Sequence record: PQ351811
Direction: 5' to 3' (one strand)
Origin: Shigella phage SSG23
DNA: 64,000 nt
Shown here: piece by piece, positions 26,530 through 34,771 of the stretch
Numbering within the stretch: position 1 is the stretch's first letter
Layout: each line of letters opens with the position of its first letter
Program-made: the position numbers and the translations under genes
Notes under the pieces: model-generated
Databases searched by the model: none
The model's input: only the letters and a program-made list of their open reading frames with translations
What the model was told of the DNA's origin: nothing

Positions 26530-28260
26530 TTATTGCACTGGTTGCTGGCCTTCTTGCGGAGTTGCTTCAACGCTTTCGATGATAGCACCCCATTTAACCG
26601 CGTTAAGACGAGCTTTTTGTGCATCATCTTCCCCTACGGTCGCCGCAACGCCTTTTTTAGCTTGGAAGTTAGCCCATGTGTTATACGCCAATGCACCAAC
26701 TCTTTTTGCTGTGTCGTATTCTACTTCGTCGACCATCAGCATTGTACGGAATGGTACTAATGAAACATCTGGGTTATCGCTTGATGACCAACTACCACCA
26801 CTAAAGGTAACTTGCCATCGGAACATCTCACCGGATGGTATTTGATTTAATCTCAATTTTAGAGATTTGGTTTTTTGGTTTTTTGTTGCCACGTCAAAAC
26901 CGATATTATAACGCGCGGCTAAACGCTCGCTTCCGTCATTTGTCCTGTGCCACGCCGTTACTGTGAATAAAATAGGAATTGTTTGTGGCGTTTTTATAAA
27001 ACCAACATCAAAAAGCAATTCCATATCATAGCTACCAGATTTAGGCGCAACCCACCAATGATCGGCGTCATTTTGTCGGTTTGGCTCTTTTATTTGTGGA
27101 GTGCATCCATAGTTATCATGAATCACATATTTCCACGGAATATAAAATGAACCGCCACCAGTACCAACATTTGTTTCTTCTATCAGGTTTTGTGCAGTAG
27201 TAAACACGCTGGATACACGAGGAAACGCATAAATGGTAGCACCGCCAGTGTGATCGCTGATCTGCAACCATTCGGTCCATCGATCAGTTCTCTTTGTATA
27301 TGAGCGGTGATACATTACGCCATCAATGCTTGTTGCGATCTGCAATACATGATCTTTACATGCATGAACATCTACAGAACCATGTGTTTGTGTTCCATTT
27401 GGACGGTTTGCCGACCCCTCAAAGTAACAGAAACGGCCTTGTTTAGTCAAGGTGTTCAGGTCGCGGGTTTCTGGTGAAATTTCAGGCAGACGTTTACCCA
27501 GACTGGTTAACATTGCCTCCTGATCACCATTTAAACCACCGCCACCACTTCCTTCCCCGCTTTGAGAGTTCCACTCACGCCATGCACCATTGTGTCGGAT
27601 ACGAGAGTAAACACCACCATCAATAGAACGGACCACTTGAAGAATGCTACCATCGACGACATATACATCTGCGGACCCCTTATTCGCCATCATTGGAGGT
27701 TTGCCATAAGTTGCATCACCTACCGGATAGCGTCCGGGTGATGTGGTTACATCCAGATTATTAATTGGATTCGTCGTAGTCCATTTTACTTCAATTGCAG
27801 ATAGACGCTGCGCAACGTTCGCTAATACTTCTGGTACTGGAAATACAAGAGACTCCTGTGTTCCGTCTGAGTACGTGACTTCTAGAGTCCAGTTGCGATC
27901 GTCCTCGGACAAATTCGCTTCGATCCTAGCAATACCACGTCCATTTTCGCCCTTTTCTCCAGGAATACCCTGTTCACCCTGAATAACCCAGGTCATATCG
28001 ACCCATTTTGATTTATCGTAGGGAGATTGTGCTGTTTTACCAGTCCATAATTGGAGTTTATCACCACAAACAATAATTGTTTTTAGTCTCTCCAATTCTG
28101 GAAAATGTTCGGTAAAGTATGCGTCCCTAGCTTCTTCATTTTCGAAACGGTGAGTATTTTTAATTCCGCAAGGTACGTTAGTTCCGATCTGAATACCGCC
28201 ACCAGAACAACCACCACTCACGGAACCAGCATTAATGATAGCTTGTGGATTTAGCTTCAT
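26530..28260 (-). CDS. collagen-like, glycine-rich fibre-like protein
   Basis: GEQGIPGEKGENGRG triplets; Gly-rich tracts; two similar Y-x-R..W-x-E-W segments; start moved from TTG 28284 to ATG 28260 with SD gggggtaa. Confidence 0.6.
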   Translation of the reverse strand: MKLNPQAIINAGSVSGGCSGGGIQIGTNVPCGIKNTHRFENEEARDAYFTEHFPELERLKTIIVCGDKLQLWTGKTAQSPYDKSKWVDMTWVIQGEQGIPGEKGENGRGIARIEANLSEDDRNWTLEVTYSDGTQESLVFPVPEVLANVAQRLSAIEVKWTTTNPINNLDVTTSPGRYPVGDATYGKPPMMANKGSADVYVVDGSILQVVRSIDGGVYSRIRHNGAWREWNSQSGEGSGGGGLNGDQEAMLTSLGKRLPEISPETRDLNTLTKQGRFCYFEGSANRPNGTQTHGSVDVHACKDHVLQIATSIDGVMYHRSYTKRTDRWTEWLQISDHTGGATIYAFPRVSSVFTTAQNLIEETNVGTGGGSFYIPWKYVIHDNYGCTPQIKEPNRQNDADHWWVAPKSGSYDMELLFDVGFIKTPQTIPILFTVTAWHRTNDGSERLAARYNIGFDVATKNQKTKSLKLRLNQIPSGEMFRWQVTFSGGSWSSSDNPDVSLVPFRTMLMVDEVEYDTAKRVGALAYNTWANFQAKKGVAATVGEDDAQKARLNAVKWGAIIESVEATPQEGQQPVQ

Positions 28261-28267
28261 ATAATAA

Positions 28268-28576
28268 TTACCCCCGTTTAGCAAGATACACGGTTACAGT
28301 AGAATCATTGGAAACAGATTTTACTTTTGCCCTAATAAATGACCATAATGTTTCAAACGCTCCACCATCAGTTGCATATTCATTACCATCAGCTTTCAAT
28401 TCTGAAATAGTGAACCAACCTTTGCCATCTAGAGAACCTTCTAACGAGGCTTCCGCAATGACTTTTTGCCCTTCCCGTGCACCTTCTACGGTCATCTGTA
28501 CTGTCATATGTGTACTATGAACGCAGTTTACCGACGCGGAAACGGCTGGAGTTTTGGTCTTTATAAGTGTGTGCAT
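28268..28576 (-). CDS. hypothetical late protein (102 aa)
   Basis: ATG start with TATAAATA about 39 nt upstream; first gene of the accessory late operon. Confidence 0.6.
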   Translation of the reverse strand: MHTLIKTKTPAVSASVNCVHSTHMTVQMTVEGAREGQKVIAEASLEGSLDGKGWFTISELKADGNEYATDGGAFETLWSFIRAKVKSVSNDSTVTVYLAKRG

Positions 28577-28614
28577 CTAATTTTCGCTCCCCTTAGAATA
28601 TAGGCTTGCAACCT

Positions 28615-28622
28615 TATTTATA
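28615..28622 (-). promoter_or_regulatory. T4-type late promoter TATAAATA
   Basis: tatttata on + strand upstream of the 102-aa gene. Confidence 0.6.
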
Positions 28623-28635
28623 ACGGGATATAATA

Positions 28636-28667
28636 CGCAAAAAGGGAAGACCCTTTCGAGTCTTCCC
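28636..28667 (-). terminator. rho-independent terminator after gp23
   Basis: gggaagac-cctttcga-gtcttccc hairpin followed on the - strand by ttttt. Confidence 0.65.
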
Positions 28668-28737
28668 TTTGGAATTAACACTTTACACTGTCATAAGGTT
28701 TATGATAAGTCGGGCATTGCACCCGACCGGAGTTTAA

Positions 28738-30336
28738 TTAGCAACCTTTAACCCATACACGGCGGAAGTATGCGTTTTTACCTACGCTGTCTTTGCTCAA
28801 CATGCCGGAGGTGATGCGAGCGGAAGGTGCCTGGGTTTTGCTGTCTGCGAACGGGTTAATACCGATGCCGTAGCGAGTCTTAAAGCCCAGAACCGGGTGG
28901 AAAGACTGCGGATCGGTTGCACGCAGCGGAGTCAGAGCAACATACGGCGCATAGTAGATACCAGCATCCATTTCGTTATCGCCTTTGTAACCTACGGTGA
29001 AGTAGTCCTGACGAGCATACTGGTCGATGAATACTTTGTACTTACCAGCCAGAACACCAGCGAAAACAGCTTTAGTTGTGTCGGTATTCAGACCTTTTGC
29101 AGCACCCTGCATAGCAACACTGATCCCCTGATCAGCAGAAGCCAGAATGTTTACAACGTTACGGGAAGCGATAACAAAGTTACCAGCACCGCGACCAGTC
29201 TGACGAGCGATTTCAGCAGCTTCTTTGTCGATCTGGTAGATCAGAGATTTGAAGGATTCACCAGCCCAGCGAGCACCGCGAGTATCGATCGGGTCTTGCA
29301 GGTCAAATACACCAGCTTTAGAACCAACGGTCTGAGTCATGCCAGTCTTACCAACCTGAGCGGTAAAGTTGATTACGTCAACGATTTCACGGTTGATTTC
29401 CAGCAGAACTTCGTTAGCCAGAATAGCATTCAGTTCAGCGTCAGCGTCCATACCGTGTACAGCACGCAGATCCTGCGCAACTTCGATAGAGTAACGGGCT
29501 TTCAGTTGGCGAGATTTCGCTTCAACTACCTGTTTGTCAATACGCATTGACATTTCAGCCCACGGGTTATTGCTGGAACCGTTAAAGCCTTCCTGAATTT
29601 CCGCGATGGAAGTAGCCATACCGAAAGCGATTTCAGCCAGTTTACCTTCTTCCATCAGCTTCATTACTACTTCATCTTCGGATTCGTTGCTGGTTTTTTG
29701 CGGTGTTACTGCGTCAGTACCAACGTTTTGCAGATATGCAATTCCAGTTTCGGCGAAGATATGATACACAATATCACCTGCTTGGATCGCTTGGGACAGC
29801 TGGAGTTGTTGGAATGCAGTACCAGTAGGAGAACCAGTCGTTGCATTTTTTGCAGCCAGAGAGCTATGAAATGCATTCGGCGCATACATCGGGTGGAATG
29901 CTTCACGAACATTTTTAGGATTGCCACCTGCCAGCGGATCTGGACCGTATACAGAACGGATTGCAAAGATCTGGCTGGTCGGGGTGCTCATCGGCTGAAC
30001 GCCACAAATATCAAATGCGATCAGGTTAGGAATAGCACGACGAACCATACCGATAACAGCCGGACCTACGTTGGTGATTGCGCCAGTAGTCTGACCTGCG
30101 GCGATTTTGGATGCATCATAACCGTGGTCGCCAGCAACTTCTGCTTCGGTGATAAAGCCGCCAAATGCTTCAACAACTTTTTCATCCTTATAGATCGGGT
30201 CTACAGCAAAATCCGCTTCCTGAGATTCCAGAATTTTAGCAACCAGTTTCTGCTTAGACGCAGTTGCGATTTCCGGCAGTTTTTCGTTTTCCAGCAGCGG
30301 GGACCATTTTTCCATCAGTTCTTTGGTAGTTTTCAT
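28738..30336 (-). CDS. 23: major capsid protein gp23
   Basis: long collinear similarity to remembered T4 gp23 (MVRRAIPNLIAFDICGVQPM, DYFTVGYKG, NAYFRRV). Confidence 0.95.
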   Translation of the reverse strand: MKTTKELMEKWSPLLENEKLPEIATASKQKLVAKILESQEADFAVDPIYKDEKVVEAFGGFITEAEVAGDHGYDASKIAAGQTTGAITNVGPAVIGMVRRAIPNLIAFDICGVQPMSTPTSQIFAIRSVYGPDPLAGGNPKNVREAFHPMYAPNAFHSSLAAKNATTGSPTGTAFQQLQLSQAIQAGDIVYHIFAETGIAYLQNVGTDAVTPQKTSNESEDEVVMKLMEEGKLAEIAFGMATSIAEIQEGFNGSSNNPWAEMSMRIDKQVVEAKSRQLKARYSIEVAQDLRAVHGMDADAELNAILANEVLLEINREIVDVINFTAQVGKTGMTQTVGSKAGVFDLQDPIDTRGARWAGESFKSLIYQIDKEAAEIARQTGRGAGNFVIASRNVVNILASADQGISVAMQGAAKGLNTDTTKAVFAGVLAGKYKVFIDQYARQDYFTVGYKGDNEMDAGIYYAPYVALTPLRATDPQSFHPVLGFKTRYGIGINPFADSKTQAPSARITSGMLSKDSVGKNAYFRRVWVKGC

Positions 30337-30369
30337 GTTCTTTAAACCTTGTTTGTTGTTAACCTAAAG

Positions 30370-30377
30370 TATTTATA
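30370..30377 (-). promoter_or_regulatory. T4-type late promoter TATAAATA for gp23
   Basis: tatttata on + strand, 34 nt upstream of the start. Confidence 0.7.
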
Positions 30378-30395
30378 AAGTAGATTTGAATTACA

Positions 30396-31190
30396 TTAGA
30401 TGAAATTCAGGTAGCGGGATACGCCGGAATCTACAGTTGCCTTTTTCTCTGATTCTTCGACAGCTTCTGCAATAACATTCAGCTTGTCGGCATCAGTATT
30501 TAGTGATTCTTCAATCTTCGCTGGTTTGTCTTCTTTCTTAGAAACCATTTCGACAATTGCAGTTAATTTCTTATCGAAAGTTTCGCTATATTCCAGACCT
30601 TCAATCAGCGCGGTTACTTTTTCTTTCTGAGTATCGGAAAGATCACGAGTGCTTTCATTGATCGCTTGTTCGCGCTTCATGCCACGAATTTCGCTTTCAA
30701 GTTGCAGTTTGGCATCAAAGAGTTCAGAGGTTTTTTCTTTTTCTTCTTTGAGTGCTTCGTCCAGTTCAGCAACAACGTCTACAGATTCTTCCGGTACTAC
30801 AACATTGTGAGTAACGAAAACATCTTTCAGAGAACCAATCAGGGATTCGCACAGATCCGCTTTAATATTACGGGTAACGGCTTCTTTATTTTCTGCCAGC
30901 CATTTAGCGCCTAAGTGATTCAGGAATTTATCTGCATCTTCGTACAGTTTGGTTTCAATCTCGGTGCGTGCTTCTTCGACCTTTGATTCTACCAGTTCAT
31001 CGGCTTTAGCGGCGATTTTTTCAATGTGACTTTCTGCCAGTGCAAGAGCATTAGCTTTTACCGCCTGAGCGTAGATAGTACCAAAATTTTCTTTTACTTC
31101 CGGCGACAGTTCGACGGATTCAAACAGGTCATCGAGAGCAACGTCTACGGTGATCTGTTTTGCTTCTTCGAGCAGCATTTCTTTAAGCAT
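30396..31190 (-). CDS. 22: prohead scaffolding core protein gp22
   Basis: acidic coiled-coil protein between 21 and 23 as in T4. Confidence 0.8.
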   Translation of the reverse strand: MLKEMLLEEAKQITVDVALDDLFESVELSPEVKENFGTIYAQAVKANALALAESHIEKIAAKADELVESKVEEARTEIETKLYEDADKFLNHLGAKWLAENKEAVTRNIKADLCESLIGSLKDVFVTHNVVVPEESVDVVAELDEALKEEKEKTSELFDAKLQLESEIRGMKREQAINESTRDLSDTQKEKVTALIEGLEYSETFDKKLTAIVEMVSKKEDKPAKIEESLNTDADKLNVIAEAVEESEKKATVDSGVSRYLNFI

Positions 31191-31221
31191 GGTTATAACC
31201 TTCTTGTTGATAACGACGTTA

Positions 31222-31229
31222 TTATTTAT
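31222..31229 (-). promoter_or_regulatory. T4-type late promoter TATAAATA for gp22
   Basis: tatttata on + strand, 32 nt upstream of the gp22 start, overlapping the gp21 stop. Confidence 0.55.
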
Positions 31230-31917
31230 AGCGTTTAGATAACGCTTCTGCGAGCGCCATAAACGCGCTATTATTCGATTCTACGATGTTTTGTTGTGAG
31301 GCTGTAGGGTTAGTCACTTTTTCGGTTTTATCGCTTTCTGGTGCGTCTGACGCGCTAGAATCGCTATCCGTTGACTCAACCACCGGAGTTACCCACGCAT
31401 CTGGTGCGCTCGGACCCCATACAACATCAACACCAACCGTCAACACAAAACCTTCCTGTACAATATTGTATCCGCGACCAGAGTCTTTCAAACGACCCAA
31501 CCCACGGGATGAAACGCCAGGAATCCAGCCAGCGCGAATCAGTGCGGCAAGTTTATCACCTGCGCCTTTATCCCCTTCAATAACACGGGCTTTACCCATC
31601 ACGTTATTACCTTCCCACCATAATTTTTCAATTATGATGCAAGCATTAGATGGATCTGGCATTGCTCTTGCTGGGTGATTAAGTTCGCCTAGAGCTTGAT
31701 GTGTCTCAACTTGTTCATGTATGTATTTAGTAACCGCATTTTCTAGAACGCTGCGAGGATACCAGCGTTTATTACGGTTTACTGTTTCGGCTTGCAGGAA
31801 AATCCCTTGAATATAGAGATTTCCTGTAGCCTTATCATCGAATGATTCAAGCAATGACGAACTACCGCGAGCACAAGGAACGCCCCATTGTTCGATCAGT
31901 AATTCGTTCTTTTCCAT
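31222..31917 (-). CDS. 21: prohead core protease gp21
   Basis: gene order and size. Confidence 0.8.
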   Translation of the reverse strand: MEKNELLIEQWGVPCARGSSSLLESFDDKATGNLYIQGIFLQAETVNRNKRWYPRSVLENAVTKYIHEQVETHQALGELNHPARAMPDPSNACIIIEKLWWEGNNVMGKARVIEGDKGAGDKLAALIRAGWIPGVSSRGLGRLKDSGRGYNIVQEGFVLTVGVDVVWGPSAPDAWVTPVVESTDSDSSASDAPESDKTEKVTNPTASQQNIVESNNSAFMALAEALSKRYK

Positions 31918-31928
31918 GTTGTTTCCTG

Positions 31929-32336
31929 TTATAATCCTAACGCCTTACGTTTACGCATTGCTTTTTTGCGCTTACGTTCCGCATGACGTTCGATAGATGG
32001 ATTTGCGCGTTTGGTTTTTGCAGCACGACGGGCAATTTGACGGCGTTTAGCTTTGCTTAGGCCAGTAGTCATGTAAGCATTACGCTCACGGGTTTTGCGA
32101 TCTTTCTTACGTGCAACTTCCCCGCGTGCGTTTACATGTTTAACCATTGCTTCGTTTACGGTGATTCCGTCGATAATAGACAACATTGCTACAGCCAATT
32201 CTGGCTCATCTTCGGCGATACCTTCAACGATTTTCAATAGTTCTTCTGACTCAAACATAGCCAACATGTCCAATTTTTCCTGTGCTTCCGGCAGAAAAGT
32301 TTCCAAGTCAGCTTTAGGAGTAAAATCTTTAATCAT
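31929..32336 (-). CDS. 68: prohead core protein gp68
   Basis: gene order and size. Confidence 0.65.
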   Translation of the reverse strand: MIKDFTPKADLETFLPEAQEKLDMLAMFESEELLKIVEGIAEDEPELAVAMLSIIDGITVNEAMVKHVNARGEVARKKDRKTRERNAYMTTGLSKAKRRQIARRAAKTKRANPSIERHAERKRKKAMRKRKALGL

Positions 32337-32348
32337 GTTGGCTTCCTA

Positions 32349-32579
32349 TTATTCGTCGTCTTCTTTGTCTTTTTTATCGTCTTTGCGATCTTCGTCTTCG
32401 TCTTCATCGTCCTCATCATCGCGGTCTTTTTCTTCTTCACCTTCGATCATGACACTGGATGCGATTTCGACACGCTGGGATTCGATGATCTGGGCTTTTT
32501 TAGCCTCCATGATCTTATCAAATTCTTTTTCGATCAGCGTTAGATCGCGAGTTTTAATTGCTTCGATAAATTGTTTCAT
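32349..32579 (-). CDS. 67: prohead core protein gp67 (acidic)
   Basis: 76 aa with acidic DEDDEDEDEDRKDDKKDKEDDE tail; lies between 20 and 68. Confidence 0.7.
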   Translation of the reverse strand: MKQFIEAIKTRDLTLIEKEFDKIMEAKKAQIIESQRVEIASSVMIEGEEEKDRDDEDDEDEDEDRKDDKKDKEDDE

Positions 32580-34145
32580 TTAAAAATCCTCTATTTCATC
32601 GGGAGTTTGTTTAAAGCGCGGATCGTTCGCTTCTTCTTCGATCTGTTTCTTCTCGGTGTCCATCTGGTCATCGGTATATTTCAGAATGTCACGCATCACT
32701 GTCTGATTGGAGAAATACTTACCAATGTAAGGGGCGATACGTTCGATTAGACCGATTCGACGTTCTAAAATTTCCGCGTCTTTAACTTCTGTATAATAAG
32801 AGTCCCGATGGAAAACCACCTTGATATTATTTATTTCACGATCCCAATCGTCTTCCGTAATTACATTTTTAAGGATCAGATTATATTTAAGCGGATCGCG
32901 CAATACTTCCGAAAACTGTGATTGCAGAGTTCTAATGAATTTCGAAAATTCCAACTCATCGCGAGTAATTTCTGAACCGTCACCACCAATAACCATATTA
33001 GCATCGGAGAGATTGCTACGTGACAATGGTACACGCAACGCTTCATACAATTTACGGTTAAAGTAGCGAATATCATCGATATCACTCATACCAGATGCAC
33101 CGGGTAAAGTAGTAACATCGGTGATTGCTTTACCATCTCGACGCTGTAACCAGTAGTCCTCTGTCATTGATAGGTTTGCTTGCTGGTTTTTAAGTTTACC
33201 AGTCGATGCATCATAAACAACGCGGTTTTTAAAAGACTGTGCCACTGAGTTCATGTGCTGTGCAGCCTTGCGGTTGTTCATGTTTCCGGTATCAATAAAG
33301 AACACTCGGCGTTCCGGTGCACGAGTGATACGATAAACGACCATTGCGTCTTCCAACAATTTAAGCTGGTTTGCTGGCTTAACAGCCCGATGCAAATAAC
33401 CAATGATATATTTATCATCGCAATCCATCAAGCCGCTGTGAGCGTATGTAATGGCACTACGCGGGATTTTAACGCGACTATTAGGAGAGAATACTTGACC
33501 ACCTGCGCAATAAGAGCTATTGCCTACAGTGTAAATGAAATATTCTTTCGTTGCTTTATAAATTTTACCTTCCGGTGTGTCTTCTGTAATGATCTCGCGA
33601 ACATATTCAAGATTTCGCGGATCAAGCTGGCGTAATTCTACGATACCATCTTTTGGATTTTTACCGATGATCTTATGGAAGAAAATACGCGAATCGACAT
33701 ACCAGCGACGGAACATATCCTGACCGCGCTTATCAAACTGGATAGTGTTTAAAAGATCTTTAAATTCTTCATGAATGCGCTCTTTTACAGATTCACTAAA
33801 GCCAGTCGCCTCAAGATTTAATGAAACAACGTCATGACCGTCCTCAAATACAATCGCATCGTTAACGATATTTTGTACAGCGTTTTCGACTTCATGGTTA
33901 TTCATCAAACCGCGATATGTGTTAACTAATTGCTTAGTTGTACTGATTTTCTGGTCGGTGCTGTAAAATTGCTGGGTAAGAGAGTTCCACGCGCTAGCAG
34001 GTGAATTATCGTTAATTTCTACTTCCGTAGCACCATCATTGTTTTTAGGTGCGGCGATAGACTCTGCTTTATCTTTAATTTGTTCTTCGTATTTGTCGTT
34101 GTCAAAATCAGCCCAACGCGCAAGCATTTTTAATCTACTAAACAT
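32580..34145 (-). CDS. 20: portal protein gp20
   Basis: FRRWYVDSRIFFHKII, GYLHRAVKPANQLKLLEDA, MTEDYWLQRRDGKA resemble remembered T4 gp20. Confidence 0.95.
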   Translation of the reverse strand: MFSRLKMLARWADFDNDKYEEQIKDKAESIAAPKNNDGATEVEINDNSPASAWNSLTQQFYSTDQKISTTKQLVNTYRGLMNNHEVENAVQNIVNDAIVFEDGHDVVSLNLEATGFSESVKERIHEEFKDLLNTIQFDKRGQDMFRRWYVDSRIFFHKIIGKNPKDGIVELRQLDPRNLEYVREIITEDTPEGKIYKATKEYFIYTVGNSSYCAGGQVFSPNSRVKIPRSAITYAHSGLMDCDDKYIIGYLHRAVKPANQLKLLEDAMVVYRITRAPERRVFFIDTGNMNNRKAAQHMNSVAQSFKNRVVYDASTGKLKNQQANLSMTEDYWLQRRDGKAITDVTTLPGASGMSDIDDIRYFNRKLYEALRVPLSRSNLSDANMVIGGDGSEITRDELEFSKFIRTLQSQFSEVLRDPLKYNLILKNVITEDDWDREINNIKVVFHRDSYYTEVKDAEILERRIGLIERIAPYIGKYFSNQTVMRDILKYTDDQMDTEKKQIEEEANDPRFKQTPDEIEDF

Positions 34146-34172
34146 TATTCACCTCGAATTGGGAGAAATTAA

Positions 34173-34191
34173 GCGGGGAACTTCTCCCCGC
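34173..34191 (-). promoter_or_regulatory. intercistronic stem-loop between gp19 and gp20
   Basis: gcgggga-acttc-tccccgc perfect hairpin. Confidence 0.4.
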
Positions 34192-34203
34192 ATGATAATA
34201 TAT

Positions 34204-34698
34204 TTATTCTACCCAATCGATAGCAAAAGTAACTTCAAACGTTTCAACTTCGTTGTTTTGTTCCCAATCGAGGGTTACTTCACCAACGTTGGTCGGGAAA
34301 ATACCGTACAATGTTTTTTCGCTAGTTGATTCTGTGTTACGATTAAGTTGACGAACAATAGCTTGTTTCTTATATTGTGCCGGAGTTGCGCCAGTGATCG
34401 CCGATCCAGTGCCATGCGTCTGATCGCTCCATGCAACGATAGCATCACGGATCTTGTGCGCGTCATCGTTGAATACAGTGATGGTCCAGTCGTCGTATAC
34501 ACGGTCGCCAGCGATGTTAATTTTACGGTTTTGATAACCTATAGCGATTTTTTCTACGGTTGCAGCCGGGACAGTTGCCGCTTTACACATCAGCTTAAAG
34601 TTTTGCCCCAGATACGGGATCTCAACTTCAAACAGGTTAGGACGAGCAAAATCGCCAGACTCGAAACCGCGTGTAATATCATTCAAATCGAGTGCCAT
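34204..34698 (-). CDS. 19: tail tube protein gp19
   Basis: FESGDFARPNLFEVEI..KINIAGDR..YKKQAIVRQ resemble remembered T4 gp19. Confidence 0.95.
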   Translation of the reverse strand: MALDLNDITRGFESGDFARPNLFEVEIPYLGQNFKLMCKAATVPAATVEKIAIGYQNRKINIAGDRVYDDWTITVFNDDAHKIRDAIVAWSDQTHGTGSAITGATPAQYKKQAIVRQLNRNTESTSEKTLYGIFPTNVGEVTLDWEQNNEVETFEVTFAIDWVE

Positions 34699-34718
34699 AA
34701 TTGATATTCCTTAATAGA

Positions 34719-34737
34719 GCGGGGATTTTCTCCCCGC
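34719..34737 (-). promoter_or_regulatory. intercistronic stem-loop between gp18 and gp19
   Basis: gcgggga-ttttc-tccccgc hairpin with the same stem as the one at 34173. Confidence 0.4.
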
Positions 34738-34771
34738 TTGATTTAACTTTTAATCTATGCTAATTTACTGA

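Noticed and set aside
32095-32583. Ser-rich 162-aa ORF on the + strand (SSSSSSSSSS)
   Set aside because: It is the antisense reading of the acidic GA-rich codon run of gp67/gp68; a compositional artefact.
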